From Cirrosporium novae-zelandiae (Eukaryota), in NCBI GenBank assembly GCA_026023565.1, contig JAPETS010000015.1:496001-560000 (forward strand): a stretch of DNA of 64,000 bases, read 5' to 3'. The notes under the pieces were generated by a model. It was given only the letters and a program-made list of their open reading frames with translations, was not told where the DNA came from and made no database searches. Shown one piece after another: positions 53,801 through 64,000 of the stretch; the first letter of the stretch is position 1; every line of letters begins with the position of its first letter. The translations under genes and the position numbers were made by a program.

Positions 53801-54495
53801 AAGGTGTTGTAGGTTTGATAGCTGAACAAGCGGATATGCCATTCAGCGATCTGGGCGTCGTTCCAGATATTATCATGAATCCCCATGGTTTCCCTTCGCG
53901 AATGACCGTTGGTAAAATGCTAGAACTTGTTTCCGGAAAAGCTGGAGTTATGTTCGGGAATCTGCAATATGGAACGGCTTTTGGTGGCAGTAAACTTGAG
54001 GACATGAGTGAAATACTTGTCGCAAATGGATTCAATTATTCCGGAAAGGATTTTGTAACTAGCGGTATCACTGGAGAGAGTCTACCGGCATATATTTTCT
54101 TTGGTCCAATTTACTACCAGAAGCTGAAGCATATGGTGCAAGACAAGATGCATTCTCGCTCTCGTGGACCTAGAGCCATACTGACTCGCCAACCTACTGA
54201 AGGTAGGTCGAGGGATGGTGGTCTTCGTCTTGGTGAGATGGAACGTGATTGTCTTATTGCGTATGGTGCATCCCAATTGTTGCTTGAACGTCTGATGCTA
54301 TCAAGCGACCAGCACCAAGTCGATATTTGTGAAACTTGTGGTTTTATGGGATACCAAAACTGGTGCCAGACCTGTAAGAGTTCTAAGGGGGTGGTTCGAA
54401 TGACAATCCCCTATGCTGCCAAGCTACTTATACAAGAACTGATCAGCATGAATGTAATGGCAAAACTTCGGCTGGAGGATGAATTCCCTGCATAA
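50802..54495 (+). CDS. RPC2: DNA-directed RNA polymerase III second-largest subunit; exons 50802-50858, 50918-51025, 51073-54495
   Basis: [72 protein letters not shown] and a C-terminal Zn site; the N-terminal and KVSGPR motifs are Pol III (Ret1) type. Confidence 0.97.
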
Positions 54496-54828
54496 GGACC
54501 AGGTTCGGTATAGATATGAAGGGCGGTTTCATCTTCAAAAATGATGTACATTTGGTTTGCATAGCGTGGTGTCTACAATTATAATTCCTTATTAGAAAGG
54601 GGAAATCTTGATAATTAAGATGGATGAATGTAAATAAGTATTATAAAGAGGCAAGATTAGAGAGCCTTAGGTATTTTAGTGTCTTGGAGCCTCGCTTGTG
54701 TTTGGCTATCTATCCACCCACTTTAACGGCGTGTTCTACAAATCTTCACCTTCTCCTACCTCAGAACCTTTCTCAACGCAGACAGCGGAGCATATTGAGT
54801 CGGGTCTCTGTGGAATCCATATTTAACT

Positions 54829-55611
54829 ATGGCTCTGTCATTAATTTTTCTTTTGCTACTTCCAATACTTTCTTTCGCCGCTGATCTTCATATTCGCATA
54901 CCAACTAGCAATCTTTTGTCAAATCCATCTATTCTACCTGCCTCTACAAGTGCCTCACTTACCACGCTCGGCACTTATCAGAAAACACTTCTCAACCGTA
55001 ATAATGAATTCGAGTTTCGTAATGTTGGTTCTGGGAGTTACCTTATGGAAATCCATTGCCGAGATTTCACGTTTGCCCCACTAAGGGTCGATGTTGGAGA
55101 GAGCGAGAAAGTGCAGGTCTGGCAGACGTTCAGAGGAAATGAATGGGACAATCGAGGAGAGAGACTTGATGAGCGACCTATTGAAGCCAAAGTTCTTGGG
55201 CAAAAGGCATATTATGAAATCAGATCTGGCTGTATGATTCTCTTCTGCTCAACTGTGATGCGCGTATTTGCTAATTTATACTTTAGTTTCACCACTATCC
55301 CTCCTGAAGAACCCAATGATCCTACTTGCAGTTGTTGCAATGGGCATCATGTTTGGCATGCCGTATCTGCTTGATAACAGTACGATAACTATATACTCTT
55401 GATTGGAGCAGGAAAGCTAACGAGCCCTACAGTGGACCCGGAAATGCGAGCAGAGTTTGAGGAACAACAGAAAAACAACCCCCTAGCAGGAGGCGCTGCC
55501 GGGGCCAACCCTCTTCAGAATTTCGATATGGCAGCGTGGATGGCTGGGGCTACGGAGAAGAAAGATACTGGTGATAGAGACCGCGGTGGGAATGTGAGAA
55601 GAAGAGGATAG
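54829..55611 (+). CDS. EMC7: ER membrane protein complex subunit 7 (DUF2012); three exons
   Basis: Signal peptide, FEFRNVGSGSYLMEI..F.PLRVDV, VWQTFRGNEWDN, spliced GFSPLSLLKNPMILLAVVAMGIMFGMPYLLDNMDPEMRAEFEE. Confidence 0.88.
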
Positions 55612-56001
55612 AGGATAGATGAATGAAATACTTCTATTTTACGGTTATTTTGCCTTGAACTAGAATGTTAACGAATAATAGATTACCCTTGATGCCGTCT
55701 GCGTTCGTTGTGTACAACACAATCAAGACCACAACAACATACCTCTAAGAGGCCTATAGACATAATAATATCTAAGGCTAGATCAATTATCTAATATACG
55801 GTATTTTTGGGAGGTGCCTCGCAAATTGATGTCCAGGGTCTCGATTGTTCTTATTTGTGGTCATTACTTCCATATATGGAATCGCGACCCCCAAAATGTG
55901 CCACCCGGATTAAAGTGACACCTTTAAGCGAGCTTCTATTTACCTTTACCCACTCAAGTGATAGATAGAAAAAGGCGGACTCACAAATTTGATTCCCCAG
56001 A

Positions 56002-56060
56002 TGTAACGGCATGCCAAGCATATGCGCCTACAAAGCGCATATGCTTGGCATGCCGTTACA
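56002..56060. repeat. Perfect inverted repeat: 26-bp stem, 7-nt loop
   Basis: TGTAACGGCATGCCAAGCATATGCGC-ctacaaa-GCGCATATGCTTGGCATGCCGTTACA. Confidence 0.95.
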
Positions 56061-56365
56061 GTGACATCGTAAATTACCGCGTAAATTCGAAGATTTAAAT
56101 AATGATTTTTTTTATAATTAGCGATAGTTTTTTAAAGAGCTAATTTATTAATAAATGAATTATAAGGTATAATAATAGTGTTAAATTGAATAAATTGATT
56201 AGAGGGTGAGATAGAGATAAATTGAAAAATTGTGGTGTTTTCGGCTAAAAGCTAGGGTCATTTATAGACCCGACCAGCCTCTTTATAGGCTATTTTTTTA
56301 TTCTGAAATTTGTTTAAAAAGACAATATTTCTCACAACAGATTTACTCGGTAAATGATGTCAGAA
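56059..56365. mobile_element. Degenerate MITE-like element (possibly Tc1/mariner-derived)
   Basis: Left end TA|CAGTGACATCGTAAATTACCGCGTAAAT. Right arm ATTTACTCGGTAAATGATGTCA (56341-56362), whose reverse complement matches 20/22 with a 3-nt gap. Very AT-rich non-coding interior. No clean right-hand TSD. Confidence 0.5.
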
Positions 56366-57207
56366 GATAATTAGATATACAGGACATTTATAAAAGAGAG
56401 CCAAGATAGTGGCTTCTTTAGCTGACGGAATGATAATAACCAACCCCCTCTAACCTCGGCTCTAGTAAGCAGGTGGGCGACATGTCATTCCCCTTTATCC
56501 AGTCATCACTTCCTAAAATATCTAACCCCTCTGTGCATATATGTATTTATAAGTGTTCAAAAGCAAAATTCTCATTGAAGGGACCTAAGCTTAGAGAGCT
56601 AGGTCGTCAGATCAATGTATCCATCCATCCATCCATCCATGCAGCCGACCATATCCTGTGCGTTTTTTTTTGGGAGAAGCAATGCTCGAATGGCTAAATG
56701 ATATAGCGTACGAAGCTCTTTTTTGGGGGTCTTCGTGGTTTGGGTTGTTGCAACGCATATGCTGCAACGTCGTGTTTGCAAAGACATAGGAACTCGCGCT
56801 ATATGTGGTTATTTATTATGCATGTCAAGCAAAGTCGGCAATGCTACTCTCTTTGTGTCAAGCATGGATTTTGAATTGATCCATATGTCCACTCGTCTTC
56901 GAGGTGGGATCTGGTTGCTTATTCTGTTGTTCCGTGGGAGCGAGAGGCGTCCTAAGTGCTGAGATAGTGCTTGAATGATGTGTTGAGGTGAAGCGGTTCC
57001 TCACATTAATCTTTGAGTAAAGGAAGCAATCAAAGGGCTCTCAGAGACGAATACGCCGAAATCCGAATTTATGTTTAGTTCTGAGGTACATGTGCGATAA
57101 TGCAAGGTGGCGTTATCCTTGAGTTTTCCGAAGGCTCCCTGAAACAGTAAGTGGTGATCTCTCTAGAGAGTTTTATTGATTGGGTGATGCTCGTTGGTGG
57201 GTGATAT

Positions 57208-59100
57208 TCAAGGGTGGTCGATATCCATTGCGTCTGCATGATTCCCCGTTTCCGTTTTCATCTCGCCGTGCCCGTTGATGGCACCGCCCCTTCCGATAAT
57301 TTTAAGACAGCTCGTCATAACGTAATCATCGATGAGATTGCTTAGCAGGAGCTGCAATAGCTTATCGATGAACTCATCTTCCATGCTGGGATTCTCTTTA
57401 AACCAAGTTACATTGGCTCGAGAGAATCTGACAAGCGCGTCTGCGAGGTGACGCATGGATTTGAGCCTCTCTTTTAACATGAATCCATCGTAGACTTTGA
57501 TGAATGCCTTTTGGAAGGGATTTATCTGGTCTGAAGCCTCGATAACCTTGTCATGCTTGTGTTGAAGCCATGTTTCATCCACGTCTTCATCGCTCTCGCC
57601 ACTTAATATTTCACCCGTCTTCAAAGCTCGTTTGTTAATCGACCGGAAGAAGGTCACCCCTTTTGGGGCTTGAGGGACAGGATGTTTGCGTCGATGTGCC
57701 TTTCGAGCATCCGGAATCTGATCGGGATCCCATGCCCTCTCAGATAGAGGTGTATTTCGTGAAGCCGAGCGTGATGAGTTGTGATTTCGTTCCCGGGACT
57801 TGCGGCCCAAGTCAAGGCCTTTCTCCCGACTATCATCACCAAACCAACTCTGGTCTCCATCGCAAAACGAATTAACGTCGAAGGCTTTTTTTGGTGCTGT
57901 CCAGATAAAATCCCGATGATCCTTGACGCTATTTGCCGCTCGCACCTGATATTCCGTATCAAGTTCCAGATATATATTGACGGTTGAATCGTTTTTGACC
58001 TCTTGATGGGGCTTGTCCGTAGTTATTTTCCAGTAAGCATGGGAGTTTATCAAGTGAAGATGTAGCAGATCCCAAGTTTCAAGATCCTTTCCACCACAAA
58101 ACGGACATATCCAGCCGTTAAGCCCTGACCAAATTGTTGGCCCATTACTATGTTTGTTTTTAACATTTTTAAAAATATATCTAAGAGAAACTATTTTCTG
58201 GGTTGGAACATTGCGGGCTTCCGGATTGACTGTCGTAGGAGGAGTGTGAGATCTCATAGTCATATTGTATTTCTCTAGCGGGGTATCAGGCGCAGAGTAT
58301 TTGGCATTGACCTCAAGTTTATATTTAGTAGAATGCGTTTTTTTGGCTTGATTGCTTGTCCCACGGTTGGTTTCAACACAAAGATCCAGATGCTGACCTT
58401 CATTTGGAAGTTTGGGAAGCTTCGTCCATCCTGCAACCAGAATGATTGGTGAGTTCTCAACATGAAGGTTTGTTCGCAGAGAGATTGGCGGCCATTGATC
58501 TTTGGGGACATTAACAGGGCTTATCGTAATCTGGAGTTGACAGGAAGTTGCAACCTCCAAAAATCGAGACACCTTGAATTGAAAAGGCCTTTCCATTTCA
58601 ATTTTTACGAAACCATCGGGATTAACTTTTGGATGGCTGAGAAGACATTTGATCTTTTCTCCATGAATCATATGATCAGAGTTCCAAATAGATAGCATGC
58701 ATAAACACTCAAGCTCACATTGTGAAATGCGGGCCCGCTTATTGACATGAGCTTCCTGTTGAGCAAGTTCATTCAGGCGAAGGGAGCTTGAATCGTTCCT
58801 CTTTCGAATACCAAGCACATCCCAGCGGAGAACAGCGTTTGGTTGATAGATATCATTTTCACTTAGACCTCGCAACGTCCATTGTGATCGGCGTCTCCCC
58901 CCACCGACCATGACGTTCAACCAAGAATGGTTAGCCCTCTGTAACTCACTCCTCAACCGCAGCTGGTGATGCTTAAGAATAATTCTTAGATTGCGGGAAA
59001 GGAAACTTGGAGGTCTGTCCCGAAAACTTCGAATGCTAAGCGAAAATGTAGTGTTGCCAATGTAATCTCTTAAACATTCCTCTGGCATATATCTCATCAC
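57208..59100 (-). CDS. suz12: Polycomb PRC2 subunit SUZ12-like (C2H2 finger + VEFS box), apparently intronless
   Basis: C2H2 WICPFC..LLHLHLINSH followed by a VEFS-like region FFRSINKRALKTGEILSGESDEDVDETWLQHKH...QKAFIKVYDGFMLKE...ALVRF. Confidence 0.78.
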   Translation of the reverse strand: MMRYMPEECLRDYIGNTTFSLSIRSFRDRPPSFLSRNLRIILKHHQLRLRSELQRANHSWLNVMVGGGRRRSQWTLRGLSENDIYQPNAVLRWDVLGIRKRNDSSSLRLNELAQQEAHVNKRARISQCELECLCMLSIWNSDHMIHGEKIKCLLSHPKVNPDGFVKIEMERPFQFKVSRFLEVATSCQLQITISPVNVPKDQWPPISLRTNLHVENSPIILVAGWTKLPKLPNEGQHLDLCVETNRGTSNQAKKTHSTKYKLEVNAKYSAPDTPLEKYNMTMRSHTPPTTVNPEARNVPTQKIVSLRYIFKNVKNKHSNGPTIWSGLNGWICPFCGGKDLETWDLLHLHLINSHAYWKITTDKPHQEVKNDSTVNIYLELDTEYQVRAANSVKDHRDFIWTAPKKAFDVNSFCDGDQSWFGDDSREKGLDLGRKSRERNHNSSRSASRNTPLSERAWDPDQIPDARKAHRRKHPVPQAPKGVTFFRSINKRALKTGEILSGESDEDVDETWLQHKHDKVIEASDQINPFQKAFIKVYDGFMLKERLKSMRHLADALVRFSRANVTWFKENPSMEDEFIDKLLQLLLSNLIDDYVMTSCLKIIGRGGAINGHGEMKTETGNHADAMDIDHP

Positions 59101-60117
59101 CCCTCGTCTAGCAGCCTAGAATTATAGGTTTATAGGTGACTTGAGACGAGGTAGACAAGGCAAGAAAACCCACACAGGTCATTTCAGACTTTCATAACAA
59201 GAGGAAGACCTGAATTGTCCAAAAACAATTATAAATCATAGGTTGAGTGCAAGGAAAGAGAAAGATTGACAATGATGTGAAGGTTCAGTTGCGGCGTCTC
59301 AGTCAGCCAAAAGATTATAATCGTTGTTGTGATTCAATCCTTGCTCTTTTTACTGATTAACTGCAAAGTGAATTAATTTACTTTGTTAGACCACTATCGT
59401 TGAAAGTGATCATAAACCATGCTCATTGTTGATCAGAATGGTATAATGTAACAAAGTAATTGTTCAGTGATATTATTTTGAGATTCATGTCAACAAAAGA
59501 AAGAGCCCTTAGAAGACTAGAGACTGCCATTTAGGAAAGTTTAGGCCCACCGTAGCCCCCTATATGTAAATCACTTGGAGTGACTGTAGGGAACCACATG
59601 GCAAAACATTTGGCATTTAGAATTTTCTGGATATCATCCAATTATGAAACATTCATAATTAATTATTTAATACTTTATATCAAATTAATCCATTAGTTTT
59701 ATTCTTTGTACTTGCTGGTCAATCATGTGATGCTTAGACTTGCCTCTGTTCTTTTTTAACTAAAGAGGCACAAGAGGCACATGAAAGGAAGCGAGGCAGG
59801 AATACGCGATACGTCAGTTCCCCTCCAAAAGTCAACTCAAATTCATTCCCTTGATTCATTCATTCATTTATTCATTCAAATGGTGTGTACATTGTAGCCG
59901 AGGTAAGATGAGGATCATGAACCTTCGGGCTCTTTGAGTCTCACTCTTCACAATGCCTGTGATATTTGTTAATCCATCGTCATTTCCCCGTCTTTAAATT
60001 TTCCCTACTCAATGCTCTCTTTGAAATCGCTGTCCCCTAAGCTGCTTGCATTCGATCAAGGGTAATATTTACATCTCGAAGGCGGATACAACCCACGGGG
60101 CTACTCTGATCTTCACC

Positions 60118-61291
60118 ATGGCAGAGTCTTCTGATGCAAAGGTTCAGCAACAGGATGGTGACACTGTCAGTCCGATCAGTGCTGCGCAACAGAGCGACAA
60201 TGTTGCCCATGCCCTTGCTGGTGCAGGAGGAGGTCTTCTGGCCATGGCATTGACGTATATTTTGCCCTGTCTAAGCTCTTAATATACCAAATCCTTATTA
60301 ATTATACCGCTCTAATAGATATCCCCTCATTACTCTTTCAACTCGAGCTCAAGTAGAATCGAAAAAAGCCCATTCCTCCACCCTCGATGCTGCTCGCCGT
60401 ATCGTCCAACGAGAAGGCATTAACGGGCTCTATGCAGGTCTCGAATCCGCTCTCTTCGGAATTAGCGTTACAAATTTTGTATATTACTACTGTATGGAAG
60501 AGCTAGTACATCCATAGACCGAATGCGCTGACATCAAGGCATCTAGGGTACGAATGGACCCGCGCTGGGTTTGAACGCGCAAATATAAAGGCTGGCCGAG
60601 CTTCAAGGAAGTTGACGACTGTCGAGTCAATGATTGCGGGTGCATTAGCCGGCAGTGCTACGGTTTTCATCACGAATCCCATCTGGGTTATAAATACGCG
60701 TATGGCAACGAAGGGTTCGCAAGAGCAAGAGCAAAGTCTGCCGGGGTCTCCACCGCCCAAGAAACGACAATCGTCCCTCGGCGCGTTGCGAGCGCTTCTC
60801 AAAGAAGAAGGGGTGAAGGCGCTTTTCGCTGGCGTGCTTCCAGCTTTAGTCCTGGTCATCAATCCAATTCTGCAATACACGTTTTTTGAACAGCTGAAGA
60901 ATATAATTGAGAGAAAGAAACGAGTCACACCGAAGGATGCGTTTTATCTCGGTGCCATTGGAAAGCTTTTGGCAACTAGCATCACATATCCTTATATCAC
61001 TGTCAAGAGCAGAATGTATGTCGCCAGCAAAGACGGACCGAAACATAGCACTATGGAGAACCTGCGCAAGATTATCCATGAAGAAGGTTGGATGGGCCTC
61101 TACAAAGGTAAACGAATCCATGTCCAGATGCCTTGAACCTCCTCGTTCTAATAAAATATCTTGCAGGCATTGGCCCGAAGGTCACTCAGAGCGTGCTAAC
61201 TGCGGCTTTCCTCTTCGCCTTCAAAGATGCGCTTTATGAATGGACGATCGCAGCTCGAAGGAGGATACCGGCAAAACTACCAGCAAGATAA
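60118..61291 (+). CDS. Peroxisomal carrier of the Pmp47/PMP34 (SLC25A17) type; four exons
   Basis: QQSDNVAHALAGAGGGLLAMALT|YPLITLSTRAQVE, GISVTNFVYYY|WYEW, TNPIWVINTRM, LVINPILQYTFFEQLK, TYPYITVKSRM and GIGPKVTQSVLTAAFLF. Confidence 0.9.
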
Positions 61292-61981
61292 GCGTATATT
61301 ATTATACTCAACCTCCCTACCCTAGGGGTTGGTACGCATAACATTATGGTTAAGCAATGTCGTTGGATATTATGCTCAAGTGTGTTCTTAGAACCTTAGT
61401 CACAGCAAGTAAGCAATGGACGTCGAATGTCCAGCAGCGATTTTTAAGCAGTTGCAAAGAAAAGCAGGATAATTTAATAACCACTATCTATATACGTGGT
61501 GTGGTGTAACCCTTACTCACTAAACCGATCTCTAAATTCTAGTTTTATAAAGTAGCTAGTCACTACATCTAGTAACACCAATAGATATCAATTATTAAGC
61601 TCTCCTGGGGGAAGAGGTGTGGGGGTTAAATAAGATTAAGCAATCTTTCATTCGTTCATTCATTAAAAGAAATAGAATATACGAATTTGGTAATGCTAAC
61701 AAAGAAATATCCTTTCCAACACCCTCGCTGCGCAAGAATACTTTTCTCGCTCTCAAAAACCTAACCTGAACCTTTCAGAAATAAGATACATGAAAATATA
61801 TAAAGATGTCGCAATAGGACTTAACTTGTACCTTGTAATAGTTATCCTGCATGGAACGCAACAAGCGTGGACATGGCCATTCTAACAATCACCACCGTTA
61901 TTATCATACTTATCAATCACAATCTGATAAATCCAATGCTATATCCCCATCAACTAAACAAGCATTCTTCTAGCATTCTCT

Positions 61982-64000
61982 TTAATCGTCGTCGTCGTCA
62001 CCTGTGAGGTCAATAATTTGGGGTTTAGGTCGACTTGAAGTTGATTTCAACGATGGGGCTGGATTAGCGATTGGAGGAAGGATAGGACTCAGGCCAGGCG
62101 TGGTAGACACACTAGCGGGTATTTCCCACAAGGGATGTGGTACCATGGTTTCAGACTTCACGCTTGATGTAATGTCGTTGTTGAGTTGAGCATCAAGTGA
62201 TTCCTGAATCTTGTCTTCCTGGTCAATACGGATGGCTTCGTTTTCCTTCTGCACAGAGCTATCAGCCTGATAATTGAAGGCTTCTAGAAGGCATTTCCCG
62301 CAGGATGCCATGCATGCCCCGTGTTGGCATGAATCGTTGTTATATCCAGCTTTAGGTGGAAACTCGACTAGATTATGATGAATAGGCGGAGTAGATTTGG
62401 GAGTAGCAGTGGTAGTGAGAGCGGGAGCTGTGGGGGGTGCTGAAGCCTGAACGATACCTAGAAGAGAAGCATTAGGAGCAGATGCTGTGGTGGATGTTGA
62501 GGCGGGTGTTGGTTCCGGGGCAGTACGTGGAGTAGAAGTATCAGAAGGTGGTAAAGCGAGTGATGGGTCAGGTATAGATATTGGAACGCCACTATCAATG
62601 GAAGCTTGGGCACTTCCTCCATCCTCCACACCTTCAGTTTCACCCACAGAAGCATCACTCCAGATATCATAATTGTCCTCTGAATCGATAAGGTCAGGAG
62701 ACATCTCAATATCATCACCCTCTGTAGTTAAATTCAATTTAGGTCTTTTGATTGTCTCGCTTGATGCCCATTCATTACTATCAACGTGCCTTCTTTCTAC
62801 AACAGAATTTTCCTGTCTCACATTCCTTGCCTTCGCAATCTGTTTTTGCAAGTATCTGTTCTGCTTTTCGCCGTTTGAAAGCAGATGTTTCCCGATAACA
62901 CCAGCCAATTTGTGCTGCGTTGGGTGAAGTTGCAAAGCCTGAAAATGGGGTAGCAGAGGGCTAATTCCCGGTTTACTACCATATTCACGCGCATACTGAG
63001 CATAGGGACCATGATAGTTAGGTCCTTTTCCTGCGCCGTAGATAGGATGCATTTTTAGTTGACCTGAGGCAAGGAGTTCATTTGCAGCGTCGCGGCCTTC
63101 GTTATTGACTTCTTCTACATTGGAAGTCTGAATAGATAAAGAGACTGGGTAGTCTGGTGATGAAACGAAATTAATGTTTGAAAGGGTTGGAGTATCGCTA
63201 GTGTTGATATCAACCTTCTGATCTTGCGAGATGGGTGCGTTGCTGAGAATGTGAACCGAACCCTGAGCGTCGCCGATCATCAGGTTCGTAAAATCTGGAG
63301 AGAATGAACCACACATTATCTCGGAACCTAAATTAGCGACATCTTTGATATGAGTGTCTTCCGAATTGCGTCTGATATCCCAAAGTTTGAGAATCCCATC
63401 TGAAGAACCCGTAAATAACCGACCCCCAGTATTTGACCAGGCAGTAAACCGAACACCAGTGTCTGATTGCTCTCTCGTGAAGCCAGAACGGACTGGAGAA
63501 AGGGGATTTCCATGCCGTAAACGATGAAGGATTTTATCTGGATTTCGATAGTCCCAGATATAGACCACGCCGTCTGTGCAACTGGCTGAAATGTAATAGG
63601 AATTCCAAGGGCAGAACAAAATATCATTCATATCTAAGGCGGGGCATTCATATTCAACCGCACAGGAAGGTCTTTCGAGATAATATGTCCGGACAACAGA
63701 ACGCGTCCCTATATTATTATGTCCTCTTCCCCTTCGAGGGGTTGAGGCGATAGCGAAGAAACGACCCCAAGGCTCCCAGGCGCAATCAAAAACATTTTGC
63801 GAGCTAGGTGTGAGCTCAAATCTCTTTCCAGAGTTTACATCCCAGTAGCATGCATCGCCTTGTTGTCCTGGGTCCTCGGAGTCATCTGAATCCTTCCCAG
63901 CGAACCCGCCCAGTAGTAAATGTCTAGTCCCGGCTGTAGGCCCAAATCGCAAGCACGAAGGATAAAGATCGACACGGGCCACTCCTTGGGGAACTCCTCT
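61982..64000 (-). CDS. WD40 DDB1-CUL4 substrate receptor, Rik1-associated factor 1 (Raf1/Dos1)/DIM-9-like; 5' end outside the window
   Basis: YECPALDMNDILFCP, ASCTDGVVYIWDYR, DTGVRFTAW..LFTGSSDGILKLWDIRR, MCGSFSPDFTNLMIGD and YGAGKGPNY. WDxR motifs are visible directly; the family call is from memory of these motifs. Confidence 0.7.
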   Translation of the reverse strand, partial: RGVPQGVARVDLYPSCLRFGPTAGTRHLLLGGFAGKDSDDSEDPGQQGDACYWDVNSGKRFELTPSSQNVFDCAWEPWGRFFAIASTPRRGRGHNNIGTRSVVRTYYLERPSCAVEYECPALDMNDILFCPWNSYYISASCTDGVVYIWDYRNPDKILHRLRHGNPLSPVRSGFTREQSDTGVRFTAWSNTGGRLFTGSSDGILKLWDIRRNSEDTHIKDVANLGSEIMCGSFSPDFTNLMIGDAQGSVHILSNAPISQDQKVDINTSDTPTLSNINFVSSPDYPVSLSIQTSNVEEVNNEGRDAANELLASGQLKMHPIYGAGKGPNYHGPYAQYAREYGSKPGISPLLPHFQALQLHPTQHKLAGVIGKHLLSNGEKQNRYLQKQIAKARNVRQENSVVERRHVDSNEWASSETIKRPKLNLTTEGDDIEMSPDLIDSEDNYDIWSDASVGETEGVEDGGSAQASIDSGVPISIPDPSLALPPSDTSTPRTAPEPTPASTSTTASAPNASLLGIVQASAPPTAPALTTTATPKSTPPIHHNLVEFPPKAGYNNDSCQHGACMASCGKCLLEAFNYQADSSVQKENEAIRIDQEDKIQESLDAQLNNDITSSVKSETMVPHPLWEIPASVSTTPGLSPILPPIANPAPSLKSTSSRPKPQIIDLTGDDDDD

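Noticed and set aside
50802..54495. Functional link between the Pol III subunit gene and the nearby 5S genes
   Set aside because: 5S genes are dispersed genome-wide in these fungi, so co-occurrence is expected by chance.
4471..61291. Stop-codon readthrough contexts (TGA CTA) and nested stwintron-type introns
   Set aside because: The stop codons I checked lack the motif, and all introns I traced resolve as ordinary single GT-AG introns.

Overview
Eukaryotic DNA from a filamentous ascomycete (Pezizomycotina-like): short GT..AG introns with CTRAY branch points, dispersed 5S rRNA genes and microsatellite-rich intergenic DNA. Mostly core genome. I assembled 16 protein-coding genes by hand. Left to right: Zn2Cys6 transcription factor, Hem25-type glycine carrier, GH28 pectinase (frameshifted as sequenced), SLIP-GC/dynamin-like GTPase, Puf4/Mpt5-type Pumilio protein, ORC5, PMA1, Nrd1/Seb1, citrate synthase, Yhm2 carrier, DCAF4-like WD40, RNA Pol III RPC2, EMC7, a SUZ12-like VEFS protein, a Pmp47-type peroxisomal carrier and a 5'-truncated Raf1/DIM-9-like WD40. 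There are also two divergent 5S rRNA copies, a decayed ORF at the left end, and a perfect hairpin abutting a MITE-like relic at about 56 kb. I cannot demonstrate a wholly new system. The best candidate is a possible pH/organic-acid locus: PMA1, then a 9-kb gap lacking recognisable protein genes that holds a dense GCCAAG (PacC-type) cluster, then the nrd1-citrate synthase-yhm2 block. Exon boundaries, counts and expectation values are hand-derived; no database search was run.
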